From: Myxococcota bacterium
GTDB lineage: Bacteria; Myxococcota_A; UBA796; SXON01
Assembly: GCA_040386535.1 (NCBI GenBank)
Contig: JAZKFH010000054.1
Location: 1 to 63,702, forward strand
Reading direction: 5' to 3'
DNA length: 63,702 nt
Position numbers and translations under genes: made by a program. Below the pieces are notes generated by a model. That model did no database searches. It was not told where the DNA came from and saw only the letters and a program-made list of their open reading frames with translations. Shown one piece after another: positions 39,101 to 48,329 of the stretch; positions within the stretch are counted from its first letter, which is position 1; the number at the start of each line of letters is the position of its first letter.

Positions 39101-39658
39101 ATGGCCGTCCTCGACATCCTCACCGTGCCCAACCCCGTCCTGACGCGAAAGTGTCGGCTCGTGGGCCCCGACGAATTCCACGACGGGCTTCGTACCTTCG
39201 TCTCCGACCTCGCCGAGACCATGTACGCCGCGCCGGGCGTCGGCCTCGCCGCGCCCCAGGTGGGCGATCTGCGCCGCATCATCGTGGCCGATCCCGGCAA
39301 CGCCAAGCGGGAAGAGGACGCGAACGGGCGCCCCCGCAAGCCGCGTTTCGTCGCGATGATCAACCCGGTGATCGTCGAGGCGAGCCGCGAGAAGATCGTG
39401 TGGGAGGAGGGCTGCCTCTCCGTGCCCGAGTTCAACGAGGACGTGGCGCGGCCCCGGCGCGTGCTCATCAAGTGGTTCGACGAGCACGGCAAGAACCAGC
39501 AGCAGTGGTTCGAGGACTACGACGCCGTCGTGATCCAGCACGAGATGGACCACCTCGAAGGCACGGTCATCCTCGACAAGGTGTCGCGCCTCAAGAAGAG
39601 CCGCTACCTCGGGCGCCGCACGAAGACGCGCAGCCGGGACGAGCTGCTCGTCGAGTAG
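39101..39658 (+). CDS. def: Peptide deformylase
   Basis: GVGLAAPQVG, EGCLS, QHEMDHL. Confidence 0.97.
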   Translation: MAVLDILTVPNPVLTRKCRLVGPDEFHDGLRTFVSDLAETMYAAPGVGLAAPQVGDLRRIIVADPGNAKREEDANGRPRKPRFVAMINPVIVEASREKIVWEEGCLSVPEFNEDVARPRRVLIKWFDEHGKNQQQWFEDYDAVVIQHEMDHLEGTVILDKVSRLKKSRYLGRRTKTRSRDELLVE

Positions 39659-39802
39659 GGATCCGGATCTGGGCGGCTGACGCCGCGCGCTCCGCGCTCG
39701 GTACGCGCACAGCGCGCGGCTGCGCCGTGGGGGCGGGGGGGGCGCCGTGGGTTGGGCGCCGTGGGGCGCCGTGGGCCTGGCGCGCACCCGTGAAATCCCA
39801 TG

Positions 39803-39987
39803 GGGGTCTGACCTCATCACTTATCACCTCGCGCACCGCCGAATTGTCGGCGTTCACTCGTCGCAGGTGATAAGTCGTAAGGTCAGACCCCACCCGTCGA
39901 AACGCGGCGTTGCTCCGTTCCAGGTGATAAGTCGTAAGGTCAGACCCCCTCCGCCCCTCCAGGTTATAAGTCGTAAGGTCAGACCCC
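39803..39987. repeat. REP/REPIN-like cluster: one inverted and three direct copies of a 28-bp unit
   Basis: CAGGTGATAAGTCGTAAGGTCAGACCCC at 39864, 39921 and 39960 (one mismatch); inverted variant at 39803-39829. Confidence 0.92.
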
Positions 39988-40034
39988 GTCCGGATCCGGA
40001 CCGCGCCCCCGCGCGGCGATAGAAGCCCCGGACC

Positions 40035-40946
40035 ATGAAGCTCGCGTTCTTCGGCACCCCCGCCTTCGCCGTCCCCACCCTGCGCGCCCTGCTCGACAGC
40101 GAGCACGAGGTGGCGCTGGTCGTGGCGCAGCCCGACAAGCCGGCGGGCCGCGGGCAGACCGTACAGTCGCCGCCCACCATCGAGCTGGCGCGCGCGCGCG
40201 GCGTCACCACGCTCCAGCCCCGGCGCGTCAAGACCGGCGAGCTCCCCGAGACGCTCGAGCGCCTCGGGCTCGACATCGCCGTGGTCGTCGCGTACGGCCG
40301 CATCCTGACGCCGCGGCTGCTCCAGGCGCCGCGCCTCGGCTGCGTCAACGTGCACGCCAGCCTGCTCCCCCGGTGGCGCGGCGCCGCGCCGATCCAGTGG
40401 TCCGTGCTCGCCGGCGATGCGACGACCGGCGTGGCCACCATGCAGATGGCCGAGGGCCTCGACACCGGCGACATCCTGCTGATGGAGGAGACCCCCATCG
40501 GCCCCACCGAGACCGCCGGCGAGCTGTTCGTGCGCCTCGCCGAGCTGGGCGCCCCCCTCCTGCTCCGCACCCTCGCCGAGCTTCCGGCCCCGACGCCGCA
40601 GGACGCCGCCGGCGTCACCCTCGCGCCGATGCTCACCAAGGACCACGCCCGCATCGACTGGGCGCGCCCCGCGCGCGAGATCGACTGGCAGGTGCGCGGG
40701 CTCTCGCCATGGCCGGGCACGGTCACGACGTTCCGCGGCGAGCCGCTCAAGGTGCTCAAGGCCCGCCCCGTCCTGGGGGACACCCCCACGAACGCGGCGC
40801 CCGGCACGTTCCTCGACGGGCCCGTGGTGGCCTGCGGCGAAGGCGCCATCGAGCTCCTGGAGGTGCAGCTCCCCGGCAAGAAGGGCGTGCGCGGGGTCGA
40901 CTTCGTGAACGGGAGCCGGGTGAAGCCGGGGGAGCGGTTGGGGTGA
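40035..40946 (+). CDS. fmt: Methionyl-tRNA formyltransferase
   Basis: FFGTPAFA, QPDKPAGRG, NVHASLLPRWRGAAPIQ, GLDTGD. Confidence 0.97.
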   Translation: MKLAFFGTPAFAVPTLRALLDSEHEVALVVAQPDKPAGRGQTVQSPPTIELARARGVTTLQPRRVKTGELPETLERLGLDIAVVVAYGRILTPRLLQAPRLGCVNVHASLLPRWRGAAPIQWSVLAGDATTGVATMQMAEGLDTGDILLMEETPIGPTETAGELFVRLAELGAPLLLRTLAELPAPTPQDAAGVTLAPMLTKDHARIDWARPAREIDWQVRGLSPWPGTVTTFRGEPLKVLKARPVLGDTPTNAAPGTFLDGPVVACGEGAIELLEVQLPGKKGVRGVDFVNGSRVKPGERLG

Positions 40947-40995
40947 GGCAGGGGCGCGGCGCCTACGCGTCGTACACTGCGCGCAAGAGGTCTCC

Positions 40996-41427
40996 ATGCG
41001 TCTCCGCCCCGTGCTCGTCGCCCTCGCGCTCTCGCTGCTCGCCTGCGCCGGGATGTCCCGGGAGAGCGGCGTGTGCCTGCCGAACCAGCTCGACGAGACC
41101 GCGCGCGGCTACATCCGGGACAAGCAGCTGCTCCAGGAGGGCGAGGACGTGCGCGCCTACTACGACACCACGGTGTCGCTCGACGGCTCGGAGATCGCGC
41201 TGGTGACGGACAAGCGGATCGTCTACCACAAGGAAGGCGTCACGACGGCGTTCGCGCTCGCCGACGTCACGAACATCGAGCGCAGCGAGGTGGCGCTCGG
41301 CGACGCCTTCATCGTCACCACCCGCGACGGGCAGATGTTGCAGGTCGAGATCGCCGCGCTGAACGGCGGCGACACGTGGGAGCGCGCGCTCGACGGGGCG
41401 TGGAAGGCTGCGCAGGCCGGGCAGTAG
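40996..41427 (+). CDS. Hypothetical lipoprotein (possible PH-like fold)
   Basis: SLLAC lipobox; ALVTDKRIVY; coding-like codon usage. Confidence 0.7.
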   Translation: MRLRPVLVALALSLLACAGMSRESGVCLPNQLDETARGYIRDKQLLQEGEDVRAYYDTTVSLDGSEIALVTDKRIVYHKEGVTTAFALADVTNIERSEVALGDAFIVTTRDGQMLQVEIAALNGGDTWERALDGAWKAAQAGQ

Positions 41428-41522
41428 GGCGGTCCCGGAGCGGAGTCCACTACAAGTCCTATTACGACGCCCGTTCGCAACCGCGCCATTCATGTCGCGG
41501 TTGCGACGAGCCGCACGCTCGA

Positions 41523-41528
41523 TAGGTT
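41523..41528 (+). promoter_or_regulatory. Putative -10 hexamer TAGGTT, leaderless configuration
   Basis: 6 nt upstream of ATG 41535. Confidence 0.4.
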
Positions 41529-41534
41529 CCGGGC

Positions 41535-42437
41535 ATGAAACCCGCCTCGCTGTTGATCTTCCTGACGGCGTGCGCGCCCGACCCCTGGACCCGGGCGCGG
41601 GCCACGTGTGGGTTCACCGACGGGGACACCGTGGAGTGGGCCGCGGTGTTCCCGACGGACGGCGCGCGGAACGGGCTCTCGGTCGACGGGGACTGTGCAT
41701 CACGACTGCTCCGGGACCTCCAAGGCCACCCGGACCAGCTCCTCGCGGCGTTCGACGGCGGCGCCGACCTCGGGGCGTACGTGGAGGCGGCGCGCTTCGC
41801 GGAGGAGCCGATGGACGGGCTGCCCGTCACCATCTGGGGGCTCTACTGGCTGGTGGGCGCCGACTTCGGGACGGTCGGCGCGCTCGAGGAGGGCCCCTAC
41901 GTCGACGCGAAGTGGGTGGAGGTCGTCGGAGACGCCGCGGCCGAGCGGGGCCTCGACGAGACGGCACCGCTGGCACAGGTGCTCTACGACCTCGTCGCTA
42001 CGCGCATCCGCGGGGTGGATCTCCTGCCCGGGGACTCCCTGTACGCGAGCGCCGGACTCGGCTCGGCGGACGACGCGCTGTACATCCCGCGCTCGATCGA
42101 CCCCGACTTCCCCTACGCGGACGACCCCTACGCCGCGTCCGGCGCGGGGTGGGTGCTGGCCCACGAGTCCGAGCACGGGGTCGAACCCTTGATTCCGCAC
42201 GTCACGTGTGATCTCTGGCCCGAGCCCGCGTGCGACACCGACCTCACCGGGGCGCAAGGTTTCGAGCTCGCCATGATGTGGGCGCAGGCGACCGCGTTGC
42301 TCGACGGAGCCCCCTGCGTGGACACGAACGACGCGGACCACGTGCTCGCGAGTGACGTCGAGACGAGCATCCAGGGGCGGTTCGAGAGCTTCGTCCTGAT
42401 GCCCGTGCCGGATCGCGTCCTGTCGCGGTGCGACTGA
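41535..42437 (+). CDS. Hypothetical lipoprotein with HExxH motif
   Basis: LTAC lipobox; VLAHESEH...HVTC...CD. Confidence 0.7.
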   Translation: MKPASLLIFLTACAPDPWTRARATCGFTDGDTVEWAAVFPTDGARNGLSVDGDCASRLLRDLQGHPDQLLAAFDGGADLGAYVEAARFAEEPMDGLPVTIWGLYWLVGADFGTVGALEEGPYVDAKWVEVVGDAAAERGLDETAPLAQVLYDLVATRIRGVDLLPGDSLYASAGLGSADDALYIPRSIDPDFPYADDPYAASGAGWVLAHESEHGVEPLIPHVTCDLWPEPACDTDLTGAQGFELAMMWAQATALLDGAPCVDTNDADHVLASDVETSIQGRFESFVLMPVPDRVLSRCD

Positions 42438-42496
42438 TGCGCGGAACGGCGCGTCGCGGGCCAGCACGCTAAAGAGCGCCGCCCGCAGGAGCGCCC

Positions 42497-43150
42497 ATGA
42501 TCGACCGCCCCCTCGTCGCCCCCAGCATCCTGTCCGCCGACTTCGGGCGCCTCGCCGCCGAAATCGAGACCGTGGAGAGCGCCGACTGGATCCACGTCGA
42601 CGTGATGGACGGGCGCTTCGTGCCGAACATCACCATCGGGCCCCTCGTGGTCGAGGCGGTGCGCCGCTCCACGAAGCTCCCGATCGACGTGCACCTGATG
42701 ATCGTGGAGCCCGACAAGTACATCGAGGACTTCCGCAAGGCCGGCGCCGACTGGATCAGCGTGCACGCCGAGGCCTGCCCGCACCTGGACCGCTCGATCC
42801 AGGCCATCAAGCAGTCCGGCGCGAAGGCGGGCGTGGTGCTCAACCCGAACAGCTCCGAGAGCGTACTCGACTACGTGCTCGACGAGCTCGACTACGTGCT
42901 GCTCATGACGGTCAACCCGGGCTTCGGCGGGCAGTCGCTCATCGAGCGCGTGTTCCCGAAGATCGAGCGCGTGCGCGAGATCATCGTGAAGCGCGGGCTG
43001 CAGACGCTGGTCGAGGTCGACGGTGGCGTGAAGCCGGCGAACGCCCGGCGCTTCGTGGACGCGGGCGCCCAGGTGCTCGTGGCCGGCTCGGCGGTGTTCG
43101 GCGCGACCGATCGCGCCGCGGCGATCCGGGCGATCCGCGGCGACGCGTAG
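42497..43150 (+). CDS. rpe: Ribulose-phosphate 3-epimerase
   Basis: [41 protein letters not shown]. Confidence 0.97.
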   Translation: MIDRPLVAPSILSADFGRLAAEIETVESADWIHVDVMDGRFVPNITIGPLVVEAVRRSTKLPIDVHLMIVEPDKYIEDFRKAGADWISVHAEACPHLDRSIQAIKQSGAKAGVVLNPNSSESVLDYVLDELDYVLLMTVNPGFGGQSLIERVFPKIERVREIIVKRGLQTLVEVDGGVKPANARRFVDAGAQVLVAGSAVFGATDRAAAIRAIRGDA

Positions 43151-43260
43151 CGATCCCGCCGCGTTCCCGCGGATCTGCCCGTGCCCGCGCACGGCTGCGT
43201 GTCGAATTCCGTCACGGGCGCGTTCGGCGCCGTGAGGCCGGGCGATAGTCTCTCGGCCCC

Positions 43261-44598
43261 ATGCTCGTCTCCCTCCTCCTCGCCTGCACCGCGCCGTCCG
43301 TGCCGGTCCTCCCTCCCGACGGGGACGACACGGGTGAAGCGCCCGTGCTGGTGCCGACGGACACGTTCCCGAGCTTCTACGGCGAGGTGCCGAAGAACCT
43401 GCTCATCGTGTCGGTCGACACGTTCCGGCGGGACCTGATGGCGCGCTACGGGGGCGAGGGGTTCGCGCCGCTGCTCGACCGCATGGCGGAGGAGGGGGTG
43501 GCGCTCGACGCCCACCGGAGCTGCTCGAACTGGACGTTCCCCTCCGTGTTGTGCGCCAACTACGGCGCGAGCAACCTGGACATCGGCTACGCCCCCGACC
43601 TGCGCGACCCCGACAACGCCTGGGCCCCGGACGACGTGCCGACGCTCGCCGGCCGCCTCTCCGCCGCCGGGTGGCACACCATGCTGGTCACGTCGAACGG
43701 CTGGTTCTCGTCCGACCGCAACAGCGACATCGGTTTTGCCACCTCGGAGCGCCCCGACGATCGCCGCACGATGAGCATCTTCGGCACCGGGATGGAGCGC
43801 CTGGCCGAGGTCGAGGCGCTCGGCACCGACCGCTGGTACCTGCACCTGCACATCAAGGAGCCGCACCCCTCCTACAACCCGCCCGAGGAGTACCTCGCCG
43901 GGCTGGAGGGGCTGCCCCCGACCCCGTACGACCTGACCGACTCGGACGAGCAGTACGACGCGGGCGACGCGTGGCCGGAGATGTCCGAGGAGGACCGCGA
44001 GATCCTGCTCGCCCACCTGCTGGTGCGCTACCACGGCGAGGTGCGGTGGATGAACGACCAGCTCACCGACACGTTCGCGGCGCTCGACGCGGGCGGCTAC
44101 CTCGACGACACGCTGGTCGTGTTCTGGACCGATCACGGCGAGCAGTTCTGGGAACACGGCGAGCAGACACACGCGTACGGGCTCAACAACGAGGAGAACG
44201 ACGGGGTGGCGTTCTTGTGGGCCAAGAACATGGTGCCGGGCGCGTGGGAGGGCACCACGTCGTTGATCGACATCGCGCCCACGGTGCTCTCGCTGTTCGA
44301 CGTGCCGATGGACGCGACGATCACCGGCTTTCCGGTGGGCGAGGCCCCCGAGGACCGCGTGCTCGACTTCGTGAGCGTGGCCCGCCTCGGCCCCGTGCAG
44401 TCGGTGGTGCACGACGGGTGGAAGCTCGTGTACCGCTGGACCACAGGTGAGCGCTGGCTCTACGACCTCACCAACGATCCAGCAGAGACGACCAGTCTCT
44501 ACGATCCCGCCCATCCCCAGGCCGTCACGCTCGAGGCCACGCTCGGGCCGCGGATCGAGGCGCTCCAGCCGCTGACGACGCGGTACACGCCGCTCTGA
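43261..44598 (+). CDS. Sulfatase-like hydrolase/transferase lipoprotein
   Basis: NLLIVSVDTFRRD, NWTFPS, EPHPSY, TDHGE.F.EHG...H, SLIDIAPT, LYDLTNDPAE. Confidence 0.85.
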   Translation: MLVSLLLACTAPSVPVLPPDGDDTGEAPVLVPTDTFPSFYGEVPKNLLIVSVDTFRRDLMARYGGEGFAPLLDRMAEEGVALDAHRSCSNWTFPSVLCANYGASNLDIGYAPDLRDPDNAWAPDDVPTLAGRLSAAGWHTMLVTSNGWFSSDRNSDIGFATSERPDDRRTMSIFGTGMERLAEVEALGTDRWYLHLHIKEPHPSYNPPEEYLAGLEGLPPTPYDLTDSDEQYDAGDAWPEMSEEDREILLAHLLVRYHGEVRWMNDQLTDTFAALDAGGYLDDTLVVFWTDHGEQFWEHGEQTHAYGLNNEENDGVAFLWAKNMVPGAWEGTTSLIDIAPTVLSLFDVPMDATITGFPVGEAPEDRVLDFVSVARLGPVQSVVHDGWKLVYRWTTGERWLYDLTNDPAETTSLYDPAHPQAVTLEATLGPRIEALQPLTTRYTPL

Positions 44599-44622
44599 CC
44601 CGCCGGCGAGGCCACCGCGTTG

Positions 44623-44639
44623 CTACATCCATGATGTAG
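44623..44639. promoter_or_regulatory. Perfect 7-3-7 palindrome CTACATC-CAT-GATGTAG, putative metalloregulator operator
   Basis: AT-rich inverted repeat 39 bp upstream of the metal permease gene. Confidence 0.5.
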
Positions 44640-44678
44640 TTGCACGGGGGGCTCGGACGGGGCACGCTGGCGCGCGCC

Positions 44679-46532
44679 ATGACGACCCTCCTGTTGAGCC
44701 TGCTCGCGATGGCCGTCGCGCCGTTGCTCGACCGCGCAGTCGGGGCGCGCCCCCGTGTGGCGGGCTTCGCGGATGGGCTCATCCAGGTGGTCGTGGGCGG
44801 GATCCTGCTCGTCCACGTGCTGCCGTTCGGGCTGGCGACAGCGGGGTGGCCCGCGTTGTTCGCCCTCGGCGGCGGCGCGATGGTCGGGGTGCTCGCGCAC
44901 CGGATCCCCGGCGGCGAGCGCTCGGCGGGCGCGCTGGCCGTGCTCGCGCTGCTGCTGCACGCCGGTATCGACGGCGCCGCGCTCGCCACGCCGGACACCC
45001 ACGGACACGACGCCGGCGAGGGCATGCTCGCGTGGGCGGTGGTCCTGCACACCGTGCCGGTCGGGCTCGCCACGTGGCGCATCAGCCGGCAGCGCGCCGG
45101 GGCCGCCTTCGCGTTCGGGCTCCTCGTCGCGACCGCCGCCGTCACCACCGCGGGCTGGCTCACCGCCGACACCGTGTTCCACGGCGCCTCTCCCGCCGCG
45201 CTCGGCCTCGCCCAGTGCGCCGTGGCGGGCGCGCTCCTCCACGTGCTCGGCCACGCCGGGGAGGGGCTCCCGCGGCGCCCCGCCGGGTGGGGCGGGCTGG
45301 TCGGCGTCGGCATCGTCATCCTGCTCGTGCTGGGCGACCCGATCCCCCTCCCCCACGCCGGCGAGCTCGGGGCCGAGAGCGCGCTGGTCACGCTCCTGCT
45401 CGCGTCCGCCCCGGCCCTGCTGCTCGGCTACCTCGCCGCCGGCGCGCTCCATGCCTTCGCGCCCGCGCCCCTCGTGCGGTGGTTGAACGTGCCTCGTGAC
45501 CCCCCGGAGGCGGCCGCCCCAGCCCACGCCGCCCACGGCCCCGTCGCCCGCCTCGGCGCCGCCGCCCGCGGCGCGTTCGTCGGCGTGCCCGTGCCCGTCT
45601 GCTCGTGCGGCGCCCTGCCGGTCTACCGCGGGTTGCTCGCGCGCGGCGCCCCACCCGCGGCGGCGCTCGCCTTCCTGGTCGCGGGCCCCGAGGTGGGCGT
45701 CGGCACCGTGTTCGTGAGCGTGCCGCTCCTCGGCGGCGAGATCACCGCGCTGCGGGTCGCCGGTGCCGTCGTCGTCGCACTCGTGGTGGGCCTGGTCGTG
45801 GCGCCGGTGATCCGCCGCGGGGCCCCGCAGCCCACGCCCGCTCCGCGCGCCCGTCCCGAGGCGTTCGGCGCACGGGTGCGCGGCGCGCTCCGCTTCGGCC
45901 TGGTCGACGTGGTCGATCACACCGCGCCCTGGGTGCTCGTCGGGCTCGGCATCGCCGCGCTCGCGGAGCCCCTGCTCGCGGGGGACGCGATGGCCGCCCT
46001 CCCCGGCCCCCTCGCCGTGGTCGCGGCCGCGCTCGTCGGCATCCCCGCCTACGTCTGCGCCTCCGGGGCCACGCCGCTGGTCGCCGTGCTCCTCCACAAG
46101 GGCCTCTCGACGGGCGCCGCGCTCGCCTTCCTCGTCACCGGCCCCGCCACCAACGTCGCGACCTTCGTGCTGTTGCGCCGGCTCCACGGGGCCCGCGTGG
46201 CCGCCGCCTTCGGCGGTGTCGTCACGCTGGTGGCCGTAGGCCTTGGCCTCGCGGTCGACCACCTCCTCCCCGCCCTCTCGGCGCCCGCGCTGCACGCCAC
46301 CTCGCTCCAGGTGAAGGGCCCGTTCGAGATCGCGTGCGCGGTCGGCGTGCTGGCGCTCTTCGCCGCCGCGCTCGTCCGCAACGGCGCCGCCGGGTTCCTC
46401 GAGCCGCTGCTGCATCCACACGCGCATGCCGACGCCGAGGAGGGCCGCGGCGGGCGTGGCGGGCATGAGCACGGCCACCATGCGCACACGCACGGCGGGC
46501 ATGGACACGGGGGGCATGCGCACGGGGAGTGA
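44679..46532 (+). CDS. Metal permease: ZIP-like N-terminal domain + ArsP/DUF318-type permease + His-rich tail
   Basis: LLLHAGIDG and VLHTVPVG; PVCSCGALP, FLVAGPE, YVCASGATP, FLVTGPATN; HEHGHHAHTHGGHGH tail. Confidence 0.82.
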   Translation: MTTLLLSLLAMAVAPLLDRAVGARPRVAGFADGLIQVVVGGILLVHVLPFGLATAGWPALFALGGGAMVGVLAHRIPGGERSAGALAVLALLLHAGIDGAALATPDTHGHDAGEGMLAWAVVLHTVPVGLATWRISRQRAGAAFAFGLLVATAAVTTAGWLTADTVFHGASPAALGLAQCAVAGALLHVLGHAGEGLPRRPAGWGGLVGVGIVILLVLGDPIPLPHAGELGAESALVTLLLASAPALLLGYLAAGALHAFAPAPLVRWLNVPRDPPEAAAPAHAAHGPVARLGAAARGAFVGVPVPVCSCGALPVYRGLLARGAPPAAALAFLVAGPEVGVGTVFVSVPLLGGEITALRVAGAVVVALVVGLVVAPVIRRGAPQPTPAPRARPEAFGARVRGALRFGLVDVVDHTAPWVLVGLGIAALAEPLLAGDAMAALPGPLAVVAAALVGIPAYVCASGATPLVAVLLHKGLSTGAALAFLVTGPATNVATFVLLRRLHGARVAAAFGGVVTLVAVGLGLAVDHLLPALSAPALHATSLQVKGPFEIACAVGVLALFAAALVRNGAAGFLEPLLHPHAHADAEEGRGGRGGHEHGHHAHTHGGHGHGGHAHGE

Positions 46533-46578
46533 GGCGGCATCGGCAAGCCTGCGTCGCCTCCGCCGGATACTCGTCGGG

Positions 46579-48234
46579 ATGCCGATCAGCGTGAGTTCGC
46601 TCCTCCCGAACCGCCCCGCGCCGGTCCACGTGCGGGCCGACGAGAACCTGCACGTCGCCCTGGGCCTGCTGCTCGACAACGACTTCAGCCAGCTCCCGGT
46701 CGTGGAGGGTGACCGTCCGATCGGGATGGTCACGAAGGGGTCGATCCTCCAGACGCTGCGCCATCTCTGCTCGTCGCTCGACAAGCTCAGCGTCGTCGAT
46801 GCGGTGGCGCCCAAGCACGCGTGGGCGTGCGTCGAGAGCGAGACCGACCTCGGGGAGGTGCTCGCGCACCTCGAGACCTTGTCCGCCGTGCTGGTGACGG
46901 ACGACGCGGGAAAGCTCACCCACATCCTGACCCCGTGGGACATGAGCGAGTTCTTCCGGTTGCGTTCGGAAGACTTCATGCTCGTGCGCGACGTGGAGAC
47001 CACGCTCAAGGACTTCCTGCGCGCGGCGTTCGAGGACCCGACGGGCCGGCTGAACGACGCCGGCTTGAACCAGGCCGTTCCACCGGAGCCCCGCGGACCC
47101 GAGACGTACCGGAAGCACTTCCGACGGGCGTTGGCCGCCTATCTGCAGGACGGCACGCCGTTGGACGACGCGCGGACGAAACTGTTGGAAGCGGAGCACT
47201 TCGCGCCGAAGCCGCGCACCTTCGAAAAGCTCACCTTCGCCGACTACGTCCAGATGTTCACGGACGAGGCCCGGTGGGAGGCGGTGTTCGCGCCCACCTT
47301 TGGTCCCAAGCGCAAGGAGATCCGCGTCCTCCTCGACGACGTGAATCGCTACCGGAACAGCCTCGCGCACTTCCAGGTCGAGGTGTTGCCGGCGGACCAA
47401 CAGGAGCGCCTCCGGTTCGCGGCGGAGTGGATGCAACGTCACTTCGACCGCTTCCAACGCGGCCGCGCCAGCGCACACCCGACACCCGCGCTTCCCGACG
47501 TCGGAGCGGCGCCCGCTGCGGACGCCACGCCCGCCTACGAGGAGGGGATCGACCCGACCGAGGGCCGTTATGCGCGGCTCGGAGCGTACCTTCGCGCGGT
47601 CCAGGGCACCGACCGTGTCGAGCTCTCGTTCGAGACGTTGGCGGACATCCTCCAGGGCCCCCTTCCCCCCTCCGCGCTTCGCCACCGGGCCTGGTGGGCC
47701 AACCAGGCGGACGGGCACTCGAGCGTCTGGCTCGACGCCGGTTGGCGGACCGGCACGCTCAACCTGAGCGACCGACACGTCGCGTTCGTACGGATCGCCG
47801 AGCAGGGGCGCGCCTACCTCGAGTTCTTCGTGAACCTGTCGGCACGCCTCCGGAACACGCCCGGGCTCCCCATGTCCGGTCGCTTGCCCCTCGGGACGAG
47901 CTGGTACAACCTCGGCACGGTCGTGCCGGGGGTGACCCTGGCCGCGGCGTTCACCACCCGGAGCCGGGCGCGCGCCGAGCTGTACATCGACACCGGCGAT
48001 CAGGCCAAGAACAAGCTCCTCTTCGACACGGTCGCCGCGCACGCCGATCAGATCCGACACGCGACGAAGTTCCCCATCACCTTCGAACGATTGGACGACA
48101 AGCGAGCGTCGCGCATCGCCATCTACGTCCCCGGACGGATCACGGAGAAGCGGGAGCGGCTCGTCGCGTTGGAAGAGGTGCTGGCGGAGGCCCTGGTCGC
48201 GCTGCACGGGGCGGTGGGGCCGTACTTCACCTGA
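46579..48234 (+). CDS. Multidomain protein: CBS pair + HEPN-like domain + DUF7662-like + DUF4268-like domains
   Basis: FSQLPVVE..PIGMVT and AVLVTD..GKL..ILTPWD (CBS); LTFADY..W...RNSLAH (HEPN Rx4H); LSFETLADIL..PLP.SA..HRAWWAN; AELYID...FERLDDKRASRIAI. Confidence 0.78.
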   Translation: MPISVSSLLPNRPAPVHVRADENLHVALGLLLDNDFSQLPVVEGDRPIGMVTKGSILQTLRHLCSSLDKLSVVDAVAPKHAWACVESETDLGEVLAHLETLSAVLVTDDAGKLTHILTPWDMSEFFRLRSEDFMLVRDVETTLKDFLRAAFEDPTGRLNDAGLNQAVPPEPRGPETYRKHFRRALAAYLQDGTPLDDARTKLLEAEHFAPKPRTFEKLTFADYVQMFTDEARWEAVFAPTFGPKRKEIRVLLDDVNRYRNSLAHFQVEVLPADQQERLRFAAEWMQRHFDRFQRGRASAHPTPALPDVGAAPAADATPAYEEGIDPTEGRYARLGAYLRAVQGTDRVELSFETLADILQGPLPPSALRHRAWWANQADGHSSVWLDAGWRTGTLNLSDRHVAFVRIAEQGRAYLEFFVNLSARLRNTPGLPMSGRLPLGTSWYNLGTVVPGVTLAAAFTTRSRARAELYIDTGDQAKNKLLFDTVAAHADQIRHATKFPITFERLDDKRASRIAIYVPGRITEKRERLVALEEVLAEALVALHGAVGPYFT

Positions 48235-48329
48235 TCCGCTCGCCGCCCGGCCCGAGGCCAGCGCCCACCCGACATCTCGAGACCCCCCTCCCCCTCTGCT
48301 GACCGCTATGTTCGCGGCAGGAGAGCCCC

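Noticed and set aside
39803..39987. Possible mini-CRISPR (28-bp repeats)
   Set aside because: Irregular spacers (29 and 11 bp), one inverted copy and no cas genes.
43261..44598. Formylglycine-dependent sulfatase matured by the FGE-like proteins
   Set aside because: Lacks C/S-x-P-x-R; it has NWTFPS instead, so a link to the FGE-domain genes is unsupported.
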